Shown here piece after piece: positions 1 through 9,070 of a DNA stretch of 64,000 nt (positions are counted from its first letter, which is position 1; every line of letters begins with the position of its first letter). The translations under genes and the position numbers were made by a program. The DNA comes from an uncultured delta proteobacterium. Its GTDB lineage: Bacteria > Desulfobacterota > Desulfomonilia > Desulfomonilales > Desulfomonilaceae. The stretch lies in contig CAWBKB010000001.1 in assembly GCA_963789265.1 (NCBI GenBank), forward strand, positions 2,208,001 to 2,272,000, in the 5' to 3' direction. The notes beneath the pieces are model-generated. The model did not search any database. It was not told the DNA's origin and saw only the letters and a program-made list of their open reading frames with translations.

Positions 1-2
1 AG

Positions 3-704
3 GAAACTCCGTTTCATTACTGTCCCGGATGCGGCCACAGCATCATACATCGTCTGGTGGCCGAGGTAATAGATGAAATGGGAATCAGGGAGCAAACAAT
101 AGGCGTGCCCCCCGCAGGTTGTGCGGTTCTGGCTTACAACTACTTTGATGTGGACATGGCTGAAGCGCCTCACGGCAGGGCCGCAGCAGTGGCAACCGGA
201 ATCAAGAGGGTTCTTCCGGATCGCATAGTGTTCACATATCAGGGCGATGGCGATATAGCCGCCATAGGGACGGCTGAGACGATTCATGCAGCGAACCGCG
301 GTGAACGAGTCACCTCCATTTTCGTCAATAATGCTGTTTACGGGATGACCGGCGGCCAAATGGCACCCACCACCGTGCCGGGACAAGTGACAACTACCAC
401 TCCTGGCGGGAGAATCCCTTTGAGGGACGGCAACCCTCTGGATCTCAGCGAGATGCTGGCGGTGGCTGTCGGAAGTGTCTATATCGAGAGAACTTCCGTT
501 ACCAGCCCGAAAAACATCCTGAAAACCAGGAAAGCGATAAAGAAGGCTTTCACAGTTCAGATCGAAGACAAAGGTTTTTCCCTGGTGGAAATCCTTTCGC
601 CGTGTCCTACAAACTGGAAGATGACGCCTGTGGAGGCGGCCCGCTGGGTGGATGAAACCATGACGAAAACATTCCCGCTGAAGGTGATAAAGGATGTTGC
701 TTAA
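3..704 (+). CDS. 2-oxoacid:ferredoxin oxidoreductase beta subunit (TPP-binding), 5'-truncated by window edge
   Basis: Frame is open from nt 3 (..FHYCPGCGH..); GDGD...NN TPP motif, YGMTGGQ, SPCPT. Confidence 0.93.
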   Translation, partial: ETPFHYCPGCGHSIIHRLVAEVIDEMGIREQTIGVPPAGCAVLAYNYFDVDMAEAPHGRAAAVATGIKRVLPDRIVFTYQGDGDIAAIGTAETIHAANRGERVTSIFVNNAVYGMTGGQMAPTTVPGQVTTTTPGGRIPLRDGNPLDLSEMLAVAVGSVYIERTSVTSPKNILKTRKAIKKAFTVQIEDKGFSLVEILSPCPTNWKMTPVEAARWVDETMTKTFPLKVIKDVA

Positions 705-1239
705 GATAATATTTTCAGGCTTCGGCGGCCAGGGCGTTCTCATGATGGGATACGTACTGGCTGTAGCGGGAATGAACGAGGACAAACACGTCACATTCCT
801 GCCCGCTTATGGTGCGGAAGTGCGAGGTGGAACCGCCAACTGTACAGTGGTGGTCTCCGATGAGGAAATCGCTTCCCCCATTGCATCCTCGCCGGAGTTT
901 GTCGTTGCCATGAATTATCCTTCCATGATCAAGTATCAGAACATGGTTAAGACCGGCGGGACACTGTTTCTTAACAGTGACTTGATAACGGACCCGTCAG
1001 CCAGGGAGGACATCAAAGTGGTACAAGTCCCGGCGAATACTCTGGCCCACGAAATGGGCAATGACCGCGTCCTGAATATGATCATGCTTGGGGTGGTTAC
1101 GTCGACGGTCGGGATTGTCTCCGAAGAATCCCTTGCTCAAGCTGTGGGGACAGTGCTGGAAGGTAAGAAGCAATCAATGGTGAAGATCAATCAGCAGGCA
1201 CTGGCAAGGGGCTCGCAATATATTTCGTCCTCACGCTGA
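694..1239 (+). CDS. 2-oxoacid:acceptor oxidoreductase gamma subunit
   Basis: SGFGGQGV, YGAEVRGG and NMIMLG motifs; overlaps the beta subunit stop. Confidence 0.93.
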   Translation: MLLKIIFSGFGGQGVLMMGYVLAVAGMNEDKHVTFLPAYGAEVRGGTANCTVVVSDEEIASPIASSPEFVVAMNYPSMIKYQNMVKTGGTLFLNSDLITDPSAREDIKVVQVPANTLAHEMGNDRVLNMIMLGVVTSTVGIVSEESLAQAVGTVLEGKKQSMVKINQQALARGSQYISSSR

Positions 1240-1307
1240 ATGCCGCACAGTTAATTCAGCGGAGGCGTCGGAGCGGCTTTGTTTTTAGTAGAATCCGGAG
1301 GTTCTTT

Positions 1308-1745
1308 ATGAAGACTGTGAAGGAAATCGAAATTAGACTTCAAAATAGATCTGGCGTGCTATCGGATATTAGTGAACTGCTCGGAGCGAACGGCATCAAT
1401 ATCTTGGCCTTGACCTTGAGGGCCGAAGGAGAAATGGGCAAGCTCAATTTCGTGGCCACGGATCCCGCTCGAGTGATGAACATACTGGCGAGCGCGGGCT
1501 ACGATCCGAAACTCAAGGAGATTATAGCGGCCGAGGCTCCTCACCATCCGGGAGGTCTCAATGCCGTGTTGAAGCCTCTCAAGCTTGCAGGCGTCAATAT
1601 TGAATATCTCTATTCCTGCATTGGCTGTCAGAGACCGGGGGACAGGACGATAATCCTGCTTGGTGTTGATAATCTCGAAGCCGCGCATGAGGCCCTGACC
1701 CGAGATTGGATTCAACTCTACGGGGAGGAGTTGCACAATTTTTAA
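1308..1745 (+). CDS. ACT domain-containing protein
   Basis: Two ACT-like repeats (NRSGVL..I..LLG.NGINI; PGGL..VL..L..AGVNIEY); GGAGG RBS. Confidence 0.85.
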   Translation: MKTVKEIEIRLQNRSGVLSDISELLGANGINILALTLRAEGEMGKLNFVATDPARVMNILASAGYDPKLKEIIAAEAPHHPGGLNAVLKPLKLAGVNIEYLYSCIGCQRPGDRTIILLGVDNLEAAHEALTRDWIQLYGEELHNF

Positions 1746-1915
1746 AACCTGTTGGCAACCCGATCTGCGGATCGAGAAATACAGCGCTTCTCTGCAAAGA
1801 GCAGCACAGTGAGATAAGATTCTGACCCTACCAAGCCGAGTCCCTTCCGCATAAATGCCTTGAGCTCAATCCCGGGCCGTGAACGGTTGCCGAAGCTGCC
1901 ATCGGCATCATACCG

Positions 1916-2059
1916 ATTTGCTTTCAAACAAGTGAGAATGGGGCGATAACAAAGGGCACTGACCTGGCGCCATGATGGGGCTCAGGTCAGTGGCACCCAA
2001 CATCCAGTCAAGAGATCGGGTCCTGGGTGCCACGGATCTGGGCTTTGTCAGATCCGTGC
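1916..2059. repeat. Copy (reverse orientation) of modular TIR/MITE-like repeat family
   Basis: Reverse complement matches 18170-18300 and 21641-21780 (GGATGTTGGGTGCCACTGACCTGAGC...CCAGGTCAGTGCC...TCACTTGTTTGAAAGC). Confidence 0.85.
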
Positions 2060-2278
2060 CGTATTTCCTTGATTGTTCACCGTTTGATCGCGCACTGGCA
2101 TCAGATCATGATCTTTGTGGGAAAAACCCCTTGGTTAATAGTGTGTGGGCATTCGCTTACGCGCGCGAAAAGATCGTGATTGCGAGCCCCGCGGCACGCG
2201 GGATTTCACTCCTCGCAATTGTAGAGGGCAGAAGATTCCCCGCGTAAGCGAACGGGCACAATCGCATGATTATAAAAC

Positions 2279-2326
2279 TTGACAACGGTTCGGGTAAAGT
2301 GGTAGTGACTGAATGAATCATTCATT
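2279..2326 (+). promoter_or_regulatory. Putative sigma-70 promoter (TTGACA 2279-2284) with palindromic operator AATGAAT-C-ATTCATT (2312-2326)
   Basis: 7-1-7 inverted repeat; a near-identical palindrome occurs at 4756-4770. Confidence 0.65.
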
Positions 2327-2584
2327 ACAAACCCAGGTTTTCTTACAACCGCCGAATCCTCGGAGGGTCATAAGCGAGAGGAATTAGGAATTACGGGAAT
2401 GTCAAACCAGAAGCTCTGTACGAGACGGTGAACTTGAAATTCACCAGAGTAGAAGCCGTAATTGGCACTTTTCCGATCCCCCGGCGCCGAGAGGGTCGAG
2501 CATGGTTGAGGCTGCCAAAAGGCAGTACAGCGCTTACCTGCCTTAGGGCATCTTTTTCGATTCTTTTTGGATCGGGCGGAAGAG

Positions 2585-2712
2585 ATGAAGAGATTTCCTT
2601 CTCTCCTGTTGGGTGTGCTGGTCATCGCAGTATCACCGCGCCCGCGTTTGCATGGGAATTCGCCATGACGGGCGAGACCGTATTCCCGTATCGCTACTTT
2701 GCACGGCCGATG
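2585..2712 (+). pseudogene. N-terminal remnant of a secreted porin-like protein (same style as 26150-27964)
   Basis: MKRFPSLLLGVLVIAV, then a frameshift into APAFAWEFAMTGETVFPYRYFAR; compare ASPGYAFELNLTGSWIWGYDYF. Confidence 0.5.
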
Positions 2713-2953
2713 AGTTTTGGCGGGTCGCTCGGTGGAGTCCACGCGCATGGCTCTTCCGCCGAAGGCGCGGATGCTTCAATTCAAGACGAACACGTCCGGC
2801 TCCATCCTGAAAAGCGAAAACTGTGGTGTCGTGGTCGAAGGAGCAGATCTCGGCGTACAATTACCTCGGGCTAATCGAGTTCGTTGAGTGGCGCCTATTG
2901 CCGGAACAGGAACCGGCAAAGTATGAGAAACTTTGAGTAAAGGAGGAAGATCG

Positions 2954-3940
2954 ATGAGTGCAGCCAAAATCAATACCGTGCTGGGGCAGATCTCTCCTGC
3001 GGAGTTGGGTGTGACCTTAGTTCACGAACATATGATGACGGGGTTCCCAGGCTGGGAGGGTGACCGAACCATAGCTCCCTTTAATCATCAGGCAGCGGTT
3101 GAGAACGGTGTGACGCTTCTCCAACATCTCAAGGGCCTTGGCCTGAGGACTTACGTTGATGCGACCCCCGTCGACTGCGGCAGGAACGTTGAAGTACTGA
3201 AAGAAATCTCGGAAAAATCCGAAATGAACATCATTTGTTCCACTGGGTATCACTTCGAAGGACTTGGATCTCCGACTTATTGGAAATTCCGCGCCAGCAT
3301 GGGAGACGTAAGAGAGGAGCTTTACGAACTCTTTGTGACGGAGGTGACGGTAGGCATACGGCGCTCGGGGATCAGGGCCGGCGTTATCAAGGTGGGGACA
3401 AGCAAGAGCTACATCACTGACTACGAGAAGCTAATGCTGGGCACGGCGGCTCGGGTCCAGAAAGAAACAAACGTACCCATCATCACTCATACAGAAGAAG
3501 GCAGCCTGGGGCCCGAGCAGGCAGAGTTTCTCATCGCGGCCGGCGCGAATCCCAAAGGTATTCAAATTGGTCACATGAGCGACAACCTTGATATCGCATA
3601 TCAAGTCAGGACGCTTAATCACGGAGTATACGTCGCATGGGACCGCATGGGTCTTGAGGTACTAGCGAGCTGCCCCAGAGATGCCGATCGGTATGCCGCA
3701 ATGCTCGACCTGATTGCCAAGGGTTATCACGATCGACTCCTGATTTCTCATGACTCGACATGTACGTGGTTGGGCCGGCCGCCTAATGTGCCGGCGCGGG
3801 TGTTGGAATTTGTCGCCAACTGGCACCCCACCCATTTGTTCAATAACATCATCCCTGCCCTGAAAAAAGGAGGGGCAAGCGATGATCACATTAAGACCAT
3901 CATTGAAGACAACCCCCGTCGTCTCTTTGAAGGCAAATAA
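2954..3940 (+). CDS. Phosphotriesterase-like lactonase/amidohydrolase
   Basis: HEH, carboxylated-Lys position (VIKVG), THT, GHM and SHD metal ligands; AGGAGG RBS before ATG 2954. Confidence 0.9.
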   Translation: MSAAKINTVLGQISPAELGVTLVHEHMMTGFPGWEGDRTIAPFNHQAAVENGVTLLQHLKGLGLRTYVDATPVDCGRNVEVLKEISEKSEMNIICSTGYHFEGLGSPTYWKFRASMGDVREELYELFVTEVTVGIRRSGIRAGVIKVGTSKSYITDYEKLMLGTAARVQKETNVPIITHTEEGSLGPEQAEFLIAAGANPKGIQIGHMSDNLDIAYQVRTLNHGVYVAWDRMGLEVLASCPRDADRYAAMLDLIAKGYHDRLLISHDSTCTWLGRPPNVPARVLEFVANWHPTHLFNNIIPALKKGGASDDHIKTIIEDNPRRLFEGK

Positions 3941-3956
3941 GTGAGAGGATTAAGAT

Positions 3957-4712
3957 TTGTCGCCTGTTGCTCAATATGAAGCGCCGCATAATCTCGCGGA
4001 AGACACCAGGAAAAGGAAGCAGCTTGAAAAAATTATTGAAAGCGGCATTAGGGTGTTTTCCGCCCGAGGGTACAAAGAGGCACAGATGTCCCATATCGCG
4101 CTGGAAGCCGGCATAGCGCCCGGCACCTTGTACCTTTATTTTGCAAGTAAAGAGTCGTTATTTAATTTTCTGCTAAAACATATTTTTTCCGGCAGACAAG
4201 ACTTTGATGCGGTTTCATTTCCCATAAAGTCCTATTCATGGGATGCGGAGATCGCCTCTGAGAAAAATGCCTTTGTGTCGTCGAAATTGTCCGCTCTTCT
4301 TCACGAGGCTGTCCATAGAGAAAATATTGAGGATGTGAGCAAGGAGTTCGAAAACATTGTTCGCAATCTCTTTTCGACCATGGCCACATATCGGGATGGA
4401 ATAACAATTCTTTTGCAGTCGTCACTCAATTGGCCACAGCTTGCGGATTTTTATGTCAGTATAGTCAAGGATCTTCTCGAACTGCTGGCCGCTTATCTCG
4501 ACAAGAGGATAGGTCAGGGGCTTATAAGGGAAGTTCCGAGTGTAACCTTGTCAGCCAGACTTATTCTGGAAAGTATTGGCTGGTTTGCCGTGCACAGACA
4601 CCGGGCGATGCATCAGGTCGCATTCAGTGAAAAAATGGCGGAAGAAACAGTCGTGGATGCGTTGATGCACGCGTTCCTTCCGGAGCATTTGTATGAACAA
4701 CGCGGGGCCTGA
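3957..4712 (+). CDS. TetR/AcrR family transcriptional regulator
   Basis: N-terminal HTH IALEAGIAPGTLYLYFASKESL; start uncertain. Confidence 0.9.
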   Translation: MSPVAQYEAPHNLAEDTRKRKQLEKIIESGIRVFSARGYKEAQMSHIALEAGIAPGTLYLYFASKESLFNFLLKHIFSGRQDFDAVSFPIKSYSWDAEIASEKNAFVSSKLSALLHEAVHRENIEDVSKEFENIVRNLFSTMATYRDGITILLQSSLNWPQLADFYVSIVKDLLELLAAYLDKRIGQGLIREVPSVTLSARLILESIGWFAVHRHRAMHQVAFSEKMAEETVVDALMHAFLPEHLYEQRGA

Positions 4713-4755
4713 AGATGAACTTTGAAAAGCCGATTTTTTTTTGCACCGGTTATTG

Positions 4756-4770
4756 AATGAACCGTTCATT
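4756..4770. promoter_or_regulatory. Palindromic operator AATGAAC-C-GTTCATT (probable TetR site)
   Basis: Perfect 7-1-7 inverted repeat just upstream of the dehydratase RBS. Confidence 0.65.
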
Positions 4771-4786
4771 TATAAAAGAGGACGAG

Positions 4787-6463
4787 ATGAAAATGAAAAG
4801 ACAGAGCAGCGTGTTTTCCGACGACGACCCTTTCTCCATGATACGGCGTTCCATTCTTTATGCGTGCGGGTGGACATACCAAGAAATCAAGCGACCGTTT
4901 GTGGCCGTAGTGAACACCTATAACGAGATGCATCCCGGACATGCTCATCTCAAGACGTTGGCTGAGCGGGTTAAGGCGGGTGTGCGTCTAGCTGGAGGTT
5001 TTCCTTCAGAATTTTACACCCTCTCCCTCTGCGACGGGTTAGCTAATGGCCACGAAGGAATGAAATACGTCCTTCCCAGCCGGGAGATTATTGCCGATTC
5101 CATTGAGTTGGGCCTACGGGCGCATCGTTACGATGCTGCGGTGCTCATAGGCTCATGTGACAAGATTATTCCTGCCTTGTTGATTGCATCTGCACACGTC
5201 AACATTCCGGCCATCATTGTAACCGGAGGGCCGATGCCTGCTGGTTGTTGGCCTCGAGAAGGGGTCAAAGCGTCCGTTTCCAATATGGACCTGATGGCCG
5301 GAAAGCTGTTCATGGGTGAGCTAAGCCCGGAACTGCGAGAAGAAGCCCTGTCTTCGTTTTATCCTTGTGCCGGCGCCTGCTGGGGCATGGGTACCGCCAA
5401 TACTATGGCCTGCCTGTGCGAGGCTCTGGGGATGAGCCTTCCAGGGGATGGGACAGCTCCCGGCGTAATGGCCAAAAAATCCCGGTTTGCCGAGGAGGCC
5501 GGGGAAAAAATCGTGCAACTTCTGGCAGAAGGGATCACCCCTGACAAAATCCTCACAAGAAACAGCCTGGAAAACGCCTTGAAGGTGAACGCAGCAATCG
5601 GGGGGTCCCTGAATACTGTTTTGCATTTGCCGGCATTGGCTATGGAACTGGGGATTGATCTCGGTTATTCGGATTTTGACCGGCTTTCACGCCTGATTCC
5701 TCATTTGACAAACGTAGAACCAGCAGGCCCCTATTCAGTCATCGACCTGGATGAGGCAGGAGGCATTCCCGGGGTGATGAAGGTCCTGGGGAATCATCTC
5801 GCTGGAAACGCTCTAACCGTGACCGGCAAAACTCTCGGCGAAAATTTAGAGAAGGCAAACATTTTTTCTGATGACGTCATCAGACCTCTTACGAATCCGG
5901 TCCATCCGTATGGTGGAATAGCCGTGCTCAAGGGAAACCTTGCCGAACGTGGTGCAGTTATCAAACAGGTGGCGGTGAAGAGGAACCTTTGGCAATTCAC
6001 CGGGGAGGCCAGGGTCTTTGACTCTGAGGAAGAAGCTGTGACCGGCCTGAGCAACGGGCAGATAAAAAGGGGAGACATCATTGTGGTCCGGTATGAAGGT
6101 CCAAAAGGCGGCCCGGGAATGCGAGAGATGTCTTATTTGCGCGTCGTTGTAAAACTGTTCGGCATGGGCGAGACCAACTATATTGTGACCGATGGCCGTT
6201 TCTCCGGTTACAGTGATGGCCCTTGCGTTGGTTATCTCTCTCCGGAAGCGGCCGATGGGGGAACCATCGCCCTGGTTCAAGATGGAGACATGATTAAAAT
6301 TGATATAGAAAATCGAAGGATTGACCTGATAGTGCCCGATGAAGAGTTGGAGCGAAGGAGGAAGGACTTGGTCCATCTTCGCAAGGAATATCCCCGAGGT
6401 TACTTGGATATTTATGCCAGGTCAGTATCTCCGGCGGATAAAGGAGCAGTTATAAAGGCTTGA
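4787..6463 (+). CDS. IlvD/Edd family dihydroxy-acid / sugar-acid dehydratase
   Basis: CDG, SCDK, MGTANTM, GPKGGPGMREM and TDGRFSG motifs. Confidence 0.93.
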   Translation: MKMKRQSSVFSDDDPFSMIRRSILYACGWTYQEIKRPFVAVVNTYNEMHPGHAHLKTLAERVKAGVRLAGGFPSEFYTLSLCDGLANGHEGMKYVLPSREIIADSIELGLRAHRYDAAVLIGSCDKIIPALLIASAHVNIPAIIVTGGPMPAGCWPREGVKASVSNMDLMAGKLFMGELSPELREEALSSFYPCAGACWGMGTANTMACLCEALGMSLPGDGTAPGVMAKKSRFAEEAGEKIVQLLAEGITPDKILTRNSLENALKVNAAIGGSLNTVLHLPALAMELGIDLGYSDFDRLSRLIPHLTNVEPAGPYSVIDLDEAGGIPGVMKVLGNHLAGNALTVTGKTLGENLEKANIFSDDVIRPLTNPVHPYGGIAVLKGNLAERGAVIKQVAVKRNLWQFTGEARVFDSEEEAVTGLSNGQIKRGDIIVVRYEGPKGGPGMREMSYLRVVVKLFGMGETNYIVTDGRFSGYSDGPCVGYLSPEAADGGTIALVQDGDMIKIDIENRRIDLIVPDEELERRRKDLVHLRKEYPRGYLDIYARSVSPADKGAVIKA

Positions 6464-6563
6464 CTTAAGATTGCCCCATGCTGTTGATCTCGCAAAACTC
6501 CATCGCGAGCGCAGGTTGAAAGCATGAAAATCGAATCAACTCAAATCTCAGCAAGGAGGCACT

Positions 6564-6836
6564 GTGATAGACAATATCATCGTGATTCATTCCAGCGATA
6601 ACGTTGGTGTCGCCTTGACCTCGTTGTCCGAAGGTCAAAGAGCCGCGGCGAAAGGACTGGAACCATTTGTTGTTCTTGAGAAAATTCCCGCGAGCCACAA
6701 GGTCGCTTTAAGAGACATCGCAGCGGGAGAAGAGATCGTAAAGTATGGCGAAATCATAGCAGTCAGTAGCAAGGTAATCAAAAAGGGGCAGTGGGTACAC
6801 ACACATAACCTGGAAAGCGAGCGGTGCAAGAAATGA
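6564..6836 (+). CDS. UxaA/GarD family dehydratase, small (SAF domain) subunit
   Basis: DNVGVAL...IPASHKVALRDI..GEEIVKYGE.I...WVHTHN. Confidence 0.9.
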   Translation: MIDNIIVIHSSDNVGVALTSLSEGQRAAAKGLEPFVVLEKIPASHKVALRDIAAGEEIVKYGEIIAVSSKVIKKGQWVHTHNLESERCKK

Positions 6837-7993
6837 GCGAACTAAAAGGATATCTCAGAAAAAACGGAGAATTCGGTCTCCGCAATCATGTTCTGATTCT
6901 ACCGACTGTCTCCTGTGTCAACGGAGTGGTTCAGCGCATTGTCCGCGATGTGCCCGATGCGGTTGGGATCACCCATGCTCATGGCTGCGGCCGGGGAGGT
7001 CCAAAAGACGTGCAAATTCTTTTTCAGGTCCTCTCCAGAATGGTGCTCCATCCCAATGTCGGGGGCATAGTTCTCATCGGTTTGGGCTGTGAGGTCTCCA
7101 ACACAAAGAATCTTGCTCCATTTATCAAGGATGCGGGTAAGCCCATTGAGATTTTTAATGTCCAGGAAGACGGCGGCTCTTTGAAAACCGCGCAAAAAGC
7201 GGCCGACGCGGCCCGACAAATCCTGGAGGAAATCGGGAATCAGCAGCGTGTTCCGATGCCCTGGGAGAAACTCCTGGTTGCCATGGAATGCGGCGGTTCC
7301 GATGCCATGTCGGGAGTTACTGCCAACGCGGCCTTGGGAGCTGTTTCGGATCTGTTGGTGGAAAACGACGCCTCAGTCATTTTCGGTGAGAACACTGAGA
7401 TGATTGGTACAGCCCACGTGCTGAAAAGGCGAGCAAAGAATGAGCAAATTGCCGGACAAATCCAGCAGATGGTCGCTCGAGCCGAAGGCTTGGCGCATGA
7501 AATAATGGGACCCATGGCCGGTTTGGTGATCTCTCCGGGAAATATGGACGGGGGTATGAGCACGATCGCCGAGAAATCTATGGGTTGTATTTTCAAGGGC
7601 GGTTCCACCACAATCAATCAAGTCGTGGATTATGGTGAGGTCCCCACGGAAAGGGGTCTTATTTTGCAGGATGGACCCGGGTACGATGGAGACTCTATGG
7701 CTGGATTGGCTGCCAGCGGTTCCCAGATTATGTTCTTTTCCACGGGGCGAGGCACGCCGGCCGGATTTCCCATCATGCCGGTTATCAAGGTGTCCAGCAA
7801 TTCCCGCACTTATGAGGCCATGCCGGATGATATGGACGTTAACGCCGGCCGGTTGCTGGAAGGTGAGTCACTCAACGTTTTGAGCACAGAGATGATTGAT
7901 CTAATGATTCGCGTGATCAACGGCGAAATGACCAAAGCGGAATCAAATGGCATGGATGTTTTTACCTTCATGACCGTCCATCCACCGTTTTGA
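6833..7993 (+). CDS. UxaA/GarD family dehydratase, large subunit
   Basis: GYLRKNG.FGLRNH, LGCE, ECGGSD..SG.TAN, EKSMG and STGRGTP motifs. Confidence 0.92.
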   Translation: MSELKGYLRKNGEFGLRNHVLILPTVSCVNGVVQRIVRDVPDAVGITHAHGCGRGGPKDVQILFQVLSRMVLHPNVGGIVLIGLGCEVSNTKNLAPFIKDAGKPIEIFNVQEDGGSLKTAQKAADAARQILEEIGNQQRVPMPWEKLLVAMECGGSDAMSGVTANAALGAVSDLLVENDASVIFGENTEMIGTAHVLKRRAKNEQIAGQIQQMVARAEGLAHEIMGPMAGLVISPGNMDGGMSTIAEKSMGCIFKGGSTTINQVVDYGEVPTERGLILQDGPGYDGDSMAGLAASGSQIMFFSTGRGTPAGFPIMPVIKVSSNSRTYEAMPDDMDVNAGRLLEGESLNVLSTEMIDLMIRVINGEMTKAESNGMDVFTFMTVHPPF

Positions 7994-8043
7994 TCCCAAT
8001 GACACAGCATCTCCTGGAACCAACAACGCTGAGGAGGCGAGGA

Positions 8044-9018
8044 ATGATCTACAGGCAATATTTTGGAGGAGTGTATGCAGTGGTTCCTACCCCTCTACGA
8101 GAGGATGAAAACATCGATTACAGGGGACTTGAGCATCTCGTCAGTTTTTACGTTGAATCCGGGTGTCACGGAGCGGTAATTCTGGGCAGCGGAGGAGAGT
8201 TGCCCTATTTCTCTTTCGACGAGCGAATTCAGATCATAAAGGCCGCGGTTGAGGCCGCGCAGGGCAAAATTCGTATTCTTGCAGGCACCGGGTTTTTCAG
8301 TTTGGGTGAAACCGAGCGTTTTCTTAAAGAGGCAGGCATCCTGGATATTGATGGACTTCTAGTAATTTTACCCACGTACTATCCTATACCCTTCACTGAC
8401 GTTCAGGCATTCTATAAACACATAAGTGCAATTTCAGAGAAACCAATCTTCTATTATCATTATCCTCAAATGACGGAGCTCTTTCATTCTCCCGGGCAGA
8501 TGGCACCCATACTCGACGTCGATGGATTGGTTGGGATCAAAGAGAGTTCGCTGAGTCTTCCTGAGGTCCGAAGACATTTGGCCGCTATTACAAAAGAAGA
8601 TTTTGTAATATTCTCCGGAAATAGTTTTTCACTTTTGAGAGTGCTCGATATGGGCGGAGCCGGCACCATCTGCCAGATACCAGCGTTCGCGCCTCGTTTG
8701 GTCGTGGATTGCTACGAAGCATGGAAGACCGGGGATAGGCAAAAAGCGAAGGTGTTACAGGCCGGCATACTGGATCTGTTGCCGTTTCTAAATAGTTTCA
8801 CTATTCCAGCCGGAATCCAGAAACTAGGTTTCAAGATCTTGAGCCGCTTGCCCATCTCGTTTAAGAATAAGACCCGTTCGCGTCACGCGGTTATTAAGGA
8901 AACACTGCGCCAGCTAGGTCACCCTATAACCGCGAAGGTGCGGAGTCCTTTACCGCAGATAACGGAGTACGATCAAAATACCATTAGGCGTTTATTGCCT
9001 CAACTGAAACTATCTTAG
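8044..9018 (+). CDS. DHDPS/NAL family class I aldolase or dehydratase
   Basis: GSGGE, YYHYP and Schiff-base Lys in GIKESS. Confidence 0.88.
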   Translation: MIYRQYFGGVYAVVPTPLREDENIDYRGLEHLVSFYVESGCHGAVILGSGGELPYFSFDERIQIIKAAVEAAQGKIRILAGTGFFSLGETERFLKEAGILDIDGLLVILPTYYPIPFTDVQAFYKHISAISEKPIFYYHYPQMTELFHSPGQMAPILDVDGLVGIKESSLSLPEVRRHLAAITKEDFVIFSGNSFSLLRVLDMGGAGTICQIPAFAPRLVVDCYEAWKTGDRQKAKVLQAGILDLLPFLNSFTIPAGIQKLGFKILSRLPISFKNKTRSRHAVIKETLRQLGHPITAKVRSPLPQITEYDQNTIRRLLPQLKLS

Positions 9019-9070
9019 GGGCGGGTGGTTGGAACGCGGACGGAAGTCCGAGAGGAGGAGTGAAAGACAC

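Noticed and set aside
6564..7993. SuyAB sulfolactate sulfo-lyase / sulfo-ED pathway
   Set aside because: The split architecture fits, but the motifs (PTVSC, HAHGC) look like generic UxaA/GarD rather than SuyB as I recall it; needs phylogeny.
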